Shown here in pieces: positions 57,383-64,000 of a DNA stretch of 64,000 bases (the first letter of the stretch is position 1; every line of letters begins with the position of its first letter). The DNA lies in contig MHMW01000028.1 of assembly GCA_001819495.1 (NCBI GenBank), forward strand, positions 5,398-69,397, given 5' to 3'. The translations under genes were made by a program, and so were the position numbers. The notes beneath the pieces are model-generated. The model did no database searches and had not been told where the DNA came from. It was given only the letters and a program-made list of their open reading frames with translations. The stretch is from Candidatus Portnoybacteria bacterium RBG_19FT_COMBO_36_7. GTDB lineage: Bacteria > Patescibacteriota > Minisyncoccia > Portnoybacterales > GWB1-42-6.

Positions 57383-60016
57383 TTATTGTCTTTGGGAATC
57401 CTGGATAATGACACCCGGGGCCGCGATATAAACCCGCGCTTGAGCCTCTTGTCTGTTATAGACCTGGTCATAGGCCCGGACCTTGATCAGATGGCTGGTG
57501 CCTGTCACGCGGTTGGGCAGATTGAAATTAAACTGAAAAGGCTCTTGCGTGATTACACCGATGAGTTCCTCATCAAAGAAAAAGTCAACCTGTTTAATGC
57601 CAAGTTTGGCAAAAACCAATGTATAGATATTGACGCTTTTCTGGCTGATTGTCTGACCGTCGCTTGGTGAGACAATCGTTAACGTCGGCTGGTTTTCTGG
57701 TACGTGAACATCATCATATTGGGTTGGCGGCTGGATAGGCACCCAGCCGGAATTGGCCGCCCAATTTTGGATTGGTGCCTCCCAGTTGAAAAACTGGGGA
57801 TCGGTTTCGGGGTTGCCGGGGGGTTCGCCCAAGGGATCATCTTTGTCTACATAATATAAAATCGTGTGGATTTGCTGAAATGGCACTTCCTGAATGAGGT
57901 CTGGTGGCGTCAGATCAGTGGCTAATTTGCCAGAAATTCTGTCTATTTTTACTTTATTTTCAGAAAATATTTGGCCGGATAACACTGCTTTGGTTGACGA
58001 AGCTGTTGATTTGGGGCTGATGAATTGTTCAGGTTTTTTTATCAGGTTAAAGCTGGAAGCGGTTTCAAGGTTATTTTTTGATTTTAGTTCATAAGCTTTT
58101 TTCATAAAAGCATTCCAAATGGGAGCAGCCGCGTAGAGGCCGGCGCCGGCTTTGGCCATTGGCGTATTGTCGTTATTGCCGGCCCAAACGCCAGCGACCA
58201 GAGAAGGAGTATAGCCGACTGTCCAGGCGTCGCGGTATTCCTGAGTAGTGCCGGTTTTGACAGCGGTTGGCCGCTCGGCAATATAAAGAGGGGAGGAAGC
58301 GCCAAAAACCGGAGTCCGGGCTTCGTTATCGGAAAGAATATTAGAAATGGTTCTTGCAATTTGCGGGTCCAAAACTTTTTGTGGTTTGGCGGCAAATTCT
58401 TCTAGGGCGTTACCCTTTGAATCCTCTATTTTTAAAATCGCGGTTTTTTCGTTCTTAATTCCGTCGGCGGCAAAAACGCCATAAGCTGCCACCTCGTCAA
58501 TTAATTTAACTTCGCCGCCGCCCAAAACCAGAGCCAGGCCATAGCGGCTGGTATCTTTTAAAGTAGTAAAGCCCATTGCTTGGGCTGTTTTGATGGTTTG
58601 CGGAATGCCGGCCAGATACAGGATTTTGACCGAAGGAATATTCAAAGACTGGGCCAGTGCCTGTCTTAGAGTGACCGGACCTCTAAAATTGCCGTCGTAA
58701 TTTTGGGGATTATAACATTTGTTGCCGTTAAATTCATTGGCCGATGCATCCGCAGGACAATTAGAATTAAACTCAGTTTTTAAATCAAACAAAATCGTTT
58801 CCGGCGTAAGTCCTTTTTCAAGCGCCTGGGCATAAGCAAAAGGCTTAAAAGAAGAACCCGGCTGGCGGTCTCGGATAGCTACGTTGACATTGGGTTCAAA
58901 ACGGCAATTTTTTCCTGGGTCGCAGTCTGAAGGCAAAGAAGTATCAAAATAATCTTTTGAACCGACCATCACCAAGATTTGCCCAGTTTTGGGGTCAACA
59001 GCGGCCAGAGCCGCATTGTAAGCGCCGTATTTTTTTTGATTACTGGCTGCTCCTTCCTCAATTATTTGTTCCGCTGCTTCCTGCAGTTCCCAGTCAAGAG
59101 TGGTATAAACCTTGAGCCCGCCGTTTTCCACTACGTCCTGGCCAAACTTTTCCTCAATATACTCTTTGACGTACATGACAAAATGAGGCGCTTTGATCAG
59201 CTGGGGGCTTTTTGTAAAATTAAGCTTTTCATTTTTGGCGGTGTCGGCTTCTTGTGCGGTTATCTGTCCGAGTTTTGTCATTCTCTCTAAAATATATTCC
59301 TGCCTGGCCTTTAAATCTTCAAGATGCGAGCCGAAAGGTGAAAGATAGCTTGGTCGGTTGGGTAAGGCGGCTAAAGTCGCGCTTTCCGCCAAAGTTAAAT
59401 CCCTGGCTGATTTGCCAAAAAAAGTCTGAGCAGCTGATTCAATGCCATAAGCGTTGGAGCCGTAAGGAATTTGGTTCAGATAAAAGCCCAGGATCTCGTC
59501 TTTTGAGTATTTTGCTTCCAGCTCCAGCGAAAGAATCCATTCTTTGATTTTCCGGGAATATAGGCGTGCATCAGTCAGCATAGATTTTTTAATGAATTGC
59601 TGAGTAATGGTTGAACCACCACCGGCGGATCTATCACCGGTCAGGACACCCCAGACTGCGCGGGCAATGCCCTTGAAATCCAAACCGGAATGATTGTAAA
59701 AATTGGCGTCTTCAACGGCGACGGTAGCATTTTTTAAATATTGCGAGATCTGGTCAAAAGGAACAACTGTTCTTTTTTCTTCGCCGTGCACATCATAGAG
59801 CATAACGGTGCCTGTCCGGTCGTAGATCTTGGTGGATTGGGTTATCTGACGCTCCGAAATCCTGCTGGGATCGGGCAGATCTTTGGCAAAATAGACAAAG
59901 GCTCCAGCAGTTAAAATGATTATTGCTAAAACAAAATAGCCTGACAAGACCAGGACTTTCTTGAATAATTTCTTTTTATGTTTGGTAATGTAAAAATACG
60001 GACGATAATACCTCAT
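57383..60016 (-). CDS. Class A penicillin-binding protein (PBP1A) with C-terminal Ig-like domain
   Basis: EDANFY.H.G, GGSTITQQ, QPGSSFKP, SLN, KTGT. Confidence 0.95.
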   Translation of the reverse strand: MRYYRPYFYITKHKKKLFKKVLVLSGYFVLAIIILTAGAFVYFAKDLPDPSRISERQITQSTKIYDRTGTVMLYDVHGEEKRTVVPFDQISQYLKNATVAVEDANFYNHSGLDFKGIARAVWGVLTGDRSAGGGSTITQQFIKKSMLTDARLYSRKIKEWILSLELEAKYSKDEILGFYLNQIPYGSNAYGIESAAQTFFGKSARDLTLAESATLAALPNRPSYLSPFGSHLEDLKARQEYILERMTKLGQITAQEADTAKNEKLNFTKSPQLIKAPHFVMYVKEYIEEKFGQDVVENGGLKVYTTLDWELQEAAEQIIEEGAASNQKKYGAYNAALAAVDPKTGQILVMVGSKDYFDTSLPSDCDPGKNCRFEPNVNVAIRDRQPGSSFKPFAYAQALEKGLTPETILFDLKTEFNSNCPADASANEFNGNKCYNPQNYDGNFRGPVTLRQALAQSLNIPSVKILYLAGIPQTIKTAQAMGFTTLKDTSRYGLALVLGGGEVKLIDEVAAYGVFAADGIKNEKTAILKIEDSKGNALEEFAAKPQKVLDPQIARTISNILSDNEARTPVFGASSPLYIAERPTAVKTGTTQEYRDAWTVGYTPSLVAGVWAGNNDNTPMAKAGAGLYAAAPIWNAFMKKAYELKSKNNLETASSFNLIKKPEQFISPKSTASSTKAVLSGQIFSENKVKIDRISGKLATDLTPPDLIQEVPFQQIHTILYYVDKDDPLGEPPGNPETDPQFFNWEAPIQNWAANSGWVPIQPPTQYDDVHVPENQPTLTIVSPSDGQTISQKSVNIYTLVFAKLGIKQVDFFFDEELIGVITQEPFQFNFNLPNRVTGTSHLIKVRAYDQVYNRQEAQARVYIAAPGVIIQDSQRQ

Positions 60017-60115
60017 TGATACTAATTATGCCAAAAAAAAAATTTTTTTTCAACCCCGCACTCAAGATTACTCTACGATTAGACAGGCAGTTCTGTTTCG
60101 TCAAGACAATGAAAC

Positions 60116-60147
60116 AAAAGCGGTTTTCTTTTGGAAAACCGCTTTTT
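60116..60147. terminator. Intrinsic terminator
   Basis: AAAAGCGGTTTTC-TTTTG-GAAAACCGCTTTT. Confidence 0.8.
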
Positions 60148-60171
60148 GTAGTGATAAAAATTTAAAAATAA

Positions 60172-60300
60172 TTATTCATCGTCGTCTTCTTCAAGTTCAA
60201 GATCGTCTTCTTCTGCTGGCTCTGCTTCTTCTGTCTCCGTTTCTTCTTTCTCTTCTGGTTCATCTCCTTCTGGCTGATTTAAAATTAAGTCTTCGGTCAT
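60172..60300 (-). CDS. 42-aa highly acidic peptide (not in ORF track)
   Basis: MTEDLILNQPEGDEPEEKEETETEEAEPAEEDDLELEEDDDE; TTGACA-17-TAAAAT promoter at 60397 and terminator downstream. Confidence 0.7.
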   Translation of the reverse strand: MTEDLILNQPEGDEPEEKEETETEEAEPAEEDDLELEEDDDE

Positions 60301-60495
60301 AAAAAAGTTTAGAGGGTGTTTATTATTTTTTACCGACCTTTCGCAGATAGTTTTCTTTTTGTGAAGTCATTTTATTAGATTATTTTTTGCCTGTCAAGAC
60401 CCGATAGAAGTTTTTCTAAAGCGCCAATTTTTAAATGTAAGCCGTAGGCGATTCGCCAAAAATCTATTTCGTTAACATTAGGTTAGGAAGAACTT

Positions 60496-60990
60496 CTAAA
60501 CGGGTTCGGGCTTTTGTGAATTTTTACTGCAGTGGGCACCGCAGATAGCAATGGCCAGTGCGTCCGCGGCGTCATCCGGCTTGGGAATTTCTTTTAAGTC
60601 CAGCAGTAGCTTAACCATTTTTTGTATTTGCTGTTTTTCGGCCCGACCATAACCAGAAACTGCCTGCTTGACCTGAAGCGGAGTGAATTCAATGACCGGT
60701 ACGCCGAGGTTTGCAGCAGCCAGGGTCGCTATGCCTCTGGCTTGGCTGACAGAAATCACTGTTTTGGCATTTTTGAAAAAGAATATTTTTTCCACAGCTA
60801 AACAATCTGGCTTGAAATTTTTTATGAGCTTAATCAGCCCCTTGTAAAGAATTTTTAGACGAGAGGCCTCATTAAGATTTTTTGCCGTTTTTAAGCAGCC
60901 GTAGCCAACCAGCCTATTTTTATTTTTTTCAGCCCTGATGCAGCCATATCCCATAATTGCCGTACCCGGGTCAATGCCCAATATAATCAA
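60496..60990 (-). CDS. ruvC: Holliday junction resolvase RuvC
   Basis: IILGIDPG, AVEKIFF, QARG, PDDAADALA; TTG at 60990 preferred. Confidence 0.95.
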   Translation of the reverse strand: MIILGIDPGTAIMGYGCIRAEKNKNRLVGYGCLKTAKNLNEASRLKILYKGLIKLIKNFKPDCLAVEKIFFFKNAKTVISVSQARGIATLAAANLGVPVIEFTPLQVKQAVSGYGRAEKQQIQKMVKLLLDLKEIPKPDDAADALAIAICGAHCSKNSQKPEPV

Positions 60991-61109
60991 AATTTCTGAT
61001 TTCCCCGCCTGCCAAAGCCAATAGTGATTAATTAATATCGGCAATTACAGACGGTTAAATTTGATAAAAATTTAAATAAGACCTGGCCGCCTCGGTTATT
61101 GGCGGGCAG

Positions 61110-61212
61110 GTAATTTCTAATTTCTAATTTAGTCCCGCGGAGCAAGACTTTTTTGTCTCCCTTCGGGAGACCCCCTCAGAGGGGAGAAATTAGGTATTAG
61201 AAATTGGTTATT
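61110..61212 (-). repeat. Empty heptamer-arm element (reverse orientation)
   Basis: (TAATTTC)n - AGTCCCGCGGAGCAAGACTTT - hairpins - (AATTAGG/ATTAGAA/ATTGG). Confidence 0.65.
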
Positions 61213-61237
61213 ATTTAAGTTGACTAGAATAACTCGG

Positions 61238-61975
61238 TCAATTAGATATTTTTGAATTAGAATAGATTTCCTGTACATCCTGATGCTCATCCAGCGCCTC
61301 AAGAAGTTTTTCCATAGATTCTTTTATCTTGACATCCTCTATCTTAATTTCGTTTTTGGGGATCCAGTCCAGCGAGACTGATTCGGGTTTGACACTTTTT
61401 GCTTCCAGAGACTTTTTAACCTTTTCCATGTCTTCAGCTCTTGTATAGACCTCAAGCAATTCTTGTGTCTGCCAACGCAAGTCATCCGCGCCGCAGTCTA
61501 TCGTCAGAAGTTCCAGATTTTCTTTGTTGATGCCGGACAAAGATGAATTGATGACAATCGCACCCTTGCGCTCAAACAGCCAGAGGACGCTGCCTGCCTG
61601 GGCCATTTTTGCGCTATGCTGTCCTAAAAGATATTTTATTTCGGAAACCGTCCGATTTTTGTTATCGGTCAGTGTCTCAATTATTAGAGCTGTGCCGCCA
61701 GGCCCATAGGCCTCAATGGTCAGTTCTTCCATTTTTATACCTTCCAGATCCCCCAGGCCCTTTTTGATTGCCCGTTCAATTTTTTCATTTGGCATATTGA
61801 AAGAGCGGGCTTTTTCTATTGTTAGGCGCAGCTGAGGATTGGTATCCGGGTCGCCGCCTTTTTGCCGCGCCACGACAGATATTAAATTAGAAAGCTTGGA
61901 AAAAAGCTTGCCTTTTTTAGCGTCAGTTATCGCTTTTTTATGCTTTATTTGAGACCATTTGCTGTGGCCGGACAT
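61238..61975 (-). CDS. yebC: YebC/PmpR family protein
   Basis: MSGHSKWSQIKHKK, YGPGG, TDNKNRT. Confidence 0.95.
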   Translation of the reverse strand: MSGHSKWSQIKHKKAITDAKKGKLFSKLSNLISVVARQKGGDPDTNPQLRLTIEKARSFNMPNEKIERAIKKGLGDLEGIKMEELTIEAYGPGGTALIIETLTDNKNRTVSEIKYLLGQHSAKMAQAGSVLWLFERKGAIVINSSLSGINKENLELLTIDCGADDLRWQTQELLEVYTRAEDMEKVKKSLEAKSVKPESVSLDWIPKNEIKIEDVKIKESMEKLLEALDEHQDVQEIYSNSKISN

Positions 61976-62044
61976 AGAAAATTAAAAAATAAAAATGAAA
62001 AATTAAAAATTGTATCACTAGATTCTAAATATTAGCACCGGGAT

Positions 62045-63547
62045 TTATTCTCTGTCAATCAATTTTTTGCGTTTGAAATAGACTATGGCGATTCCCGAAA
62101 AACAGGAGAGACCAACAATGGCAGCCAGGGCCAGCAGGGGACTAAAATCCGAACTTTTTTCTGCGATTTGGGCGACAGCAGGGACATAAGAAACCGCCGC
62201 TTGGGTTTGGGAAAGAGGTTTTTCGTCAGGAGAGTCGGCTGGCGTAGCGTAATTATCTATTTTTTTGCTGCTAACCGCGATTTTTTCTTGGCTGACCGCT
62301 TCGGAAATTGCCGTGATTGTCTGAGGTGGGCTTTGCTGAACTGGAGACAAATCGTTTGTTAAGTCAGAATGTTTTGTCTGGGGCGGATCGGATGTCTTTT
62401 GTGTAATTTTTTTATTTTCTTGGCCTGGCGTGGGTTGGTTTGTCCAGAACCATGAGCCGTTCTCAAAGCGGCTGGATGAAAAATCAGGCTTTGCGTTTGT
62501 GTAAGAAATAGAATGAAGGAACTGGCCATCGGGCCAGACTAGCCTAATCTGGTCACCTCCGTTATTTAAAATATTTTTTCCCAGTTCAATCTTGAGAAAT
62601 TGACCCGGGTTTATCAGTGTGCCATCCGAGATTTTTTGCGGCGAACTTTCTTGGACCGCATCATCAATCTGCCAGCCGGAAAGATCTATTATTTGCTCGC
62701 TGAAGCTTAATAGTTCAACCCACTCATTTTCCGATGATGGCCAAGGCATAAACTCATTAATTAAAACCTTATCAGAGTAGTTGCTGTAGACGGGCGAAGC
62801 CGAAGAAGCAGTTTCGTCTGGCGGAGTTGCTGTGGTGATTTCATTTTGCTGTTGCGAAGTTTCTTGTTTGGCCGTATTAACAATCGTTCCGTTTGCCTGG
62901 CCAGGCGTCGGTGCGAGAAATATCTGCCAATCGTCGTTCAAGTTTCTATCCTGGCCGTCTTGTTTTAAGCCAAGAGACTGGCCTTCGGATGCAGCAGGCA
63001 GGAATTGCTCTCTTTGCCAAATAAGAGCAGAAGCAGCGGTTGGTTCCAGGGTCTGGCCGGCTTTGCCATATTCAAGATAGTCAACAATTGTGTCTTTATT
63101 GTGTTCTTTTGAGTTGAAAAGCGCGATGAACCCGGAAGTATTTCCGATATTGGCATCAATCGTTTCTGTTTTGGTAAAGATCTGATTGGCTGTATTTTGG
63201 CCGTCAGCCCGCCAGAGGATCAAAAGATGCGAATTTGGCACAAGCAAAAAAGGCGGAAAAGTGAAATATTTTCCGGAACCATTAATTTGCCATCCGTTAA
63301 GCTGGACTGCCTGACTGCCTGAATTATAGAGCTCGATCCATTCTTTGCCGGTATCGCCGCCCTCCGGGTCTGAAAAAATTTCGTTAATTACCACCTGCGC
63401 CCAAGAAAATTTCGGAATAAAAAAAACCGCAATAAAAGCGATTAATAAGAAATTAAGAAATTGAACAAATAACTTCCGGCTCTTTTTAGCGGCTATGATC
63501 ATTGACATAATCATGATGAATTTGCGAAAGCGTGTTCTGCACCTCAT
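62045..63547 (-). CDS. Surface protein with two lamin-tail domains and a C-terminal TM anchor
   Basis: VVINEI..EWIELYN...PTPG twice; true start probably near 63510. Confidence 0.82.
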   Translation of the reverse strand: MRCRTRFRKFIMIMSMIIAAKKSRKLFVQFLNFLLIAFIAVFFIPKFSWAQVVINEIFSDPEGGDTGKEWIELYNSGSQAVQLNGWQINGSGKYFTFPPFLLVPNSHLLILWRADGQNTANQIFTKTETIDANIGNTSGFIALFNSKEHNKDTIVDYLEYGKAGQTLEPTAASALIWQREQFLPAASEGQSLGLKQDGQDRNLNDDWQIFLAPTPGQANGTIVNTAKQETSQQQNEITTATPPDETASSASPVYSNYSDKVLINEFMPWPSSENEWVELLSFSEQIIDLSGWQIDDAVQESSPQKISDGTLINPGQFLKIELGKNILNNGGDQIRLVWPDGQFLHSISYTNAKPDFSSSRFENGSWFWTNQPTPGQENKKITQKTSDPPQTKHSDLTNDLSPVQQSPPQTITAISEAVSQEKIAVSSKKIDNYATPADSPDEKPLSQTQAAVSYVPAVAQIAEKSSDFSPLLALAAIVGLSCFSGIAIVYFKRKKLIDRE

Positions 63548-64000
63548 AGGGCTTTGGGATGTCTTCTAGTATAAAAACATTATCTTCTTTTGGTTCCCTG
63601 ATCTTATCAAAAGTGCCAGCCGTTCTAATTTCCAGGCTTCCGTAGTTAACGAAAGTTTTTATAATTCCTTTGACGCTAACGGTTATGTCTTGGATTCTTG
63701 AAAACGAAAGCTCTGACACCTCCCGCCTGAACAACCCTTTCTGATAAGTACTGATAATCCTTTGATTGGTTATGATCCAATAATCAAGATAAATATTCAC
63801 CCAATTAATTGCCAGCCCTGCCCAGGCGAACAGCCACCAAAGGGAACAAAAAAGCCAGAAAAAAGGAGCAAAGAAAACGCTTTGAATATTTAAATAAGAA
63901 GCAGTGAGCCAAAGAACAAAAGGTATCAAAAATACAGGCAGAAACCAGATGAGCGAGAAAGTTAATACAAGCCAGTGGCGGCGCAGCGTCATTATAATTT
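63486..64000 (-). CDS. Membrane-flanked bacterial PH domain protein (5' end probably outside window)
   Basis: WIITNQRII...GLF.R.VSEL...IQD, YGSLEIRTAG. Confidence 0.8.
   Translation of the reverse strand, partial: IIMTLRRHWLVLTFSLIWFLPVFLIPFVLWLTASYLNIQSVFFAPFFWLFCSLWWLFAWAGLAINWVNIYLDYWIITNQRIISTYQKGLFRREVSELSFSRIQDITVSVKGIIKTFVNYGSLEIRTAGTFDKIREPKEDNVFILEDIPKPYEVQNTLSQIHHDYVNDHSR

Noticed and set aside
1-64000. CRISPR array or cas genes
   Set aside because: No regularly spaced 25-45 bp repeats with unique spacers and no cas motifs; the recurring repeats are kilobases apart

Overview
Origin-proximal chromosome segment of a bacterium with a Patescibacteria (CPR, Parcubacteria-like) signature. 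That assignment is inferred from the gene set, the mostly SD-less AT-rich starts and the CPR-type PrgI/VirB4/pilin cluster; the genetic code is standard 11. (1) 1-3.6 kb: HNH gene, tRNA-Leu(TAA) with stacked tRNA 3'-end remnants, a V4R-V4R-PAS operon and a 3D-domain gene. (2) 3.7-29.2 kb: a mosaic accessory region rich in gene fragments and recurring boundary repeats. It carries an unannotated 50-aa (YGD)x3 RiPP-like precursor beside a radical SAM/SPASM enzyme, several aminoacyl-tRNA-synthetase paralogs with a KamA-like aminomutase, a LuxI-like synthase between two 7TM sensors, and a dead HicA toxin. (3) 29.2-64 kb: mostly core genes, namely comM, pcrA, rsmA, a T4SS-like/pilin operon, glycan genes, jag-yidC-yidD-rnpA-rpmH, dnaA-oriC-dnaN, PBP1A, ruvC and yebC. 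Several families of small palindromic or repeat-armed elements are spread across the window. These include four-helix-bundle and GxxExxY ORFs bracketed by inverted short-repeat arms, empty and deleted derivatives of them, in-frame insertions in rsmA and an O-antigen ligase, and a 23-bp stem element that ends at start codons including that of dnaA. All family assignments come from motif reading by eye; no searches were run.
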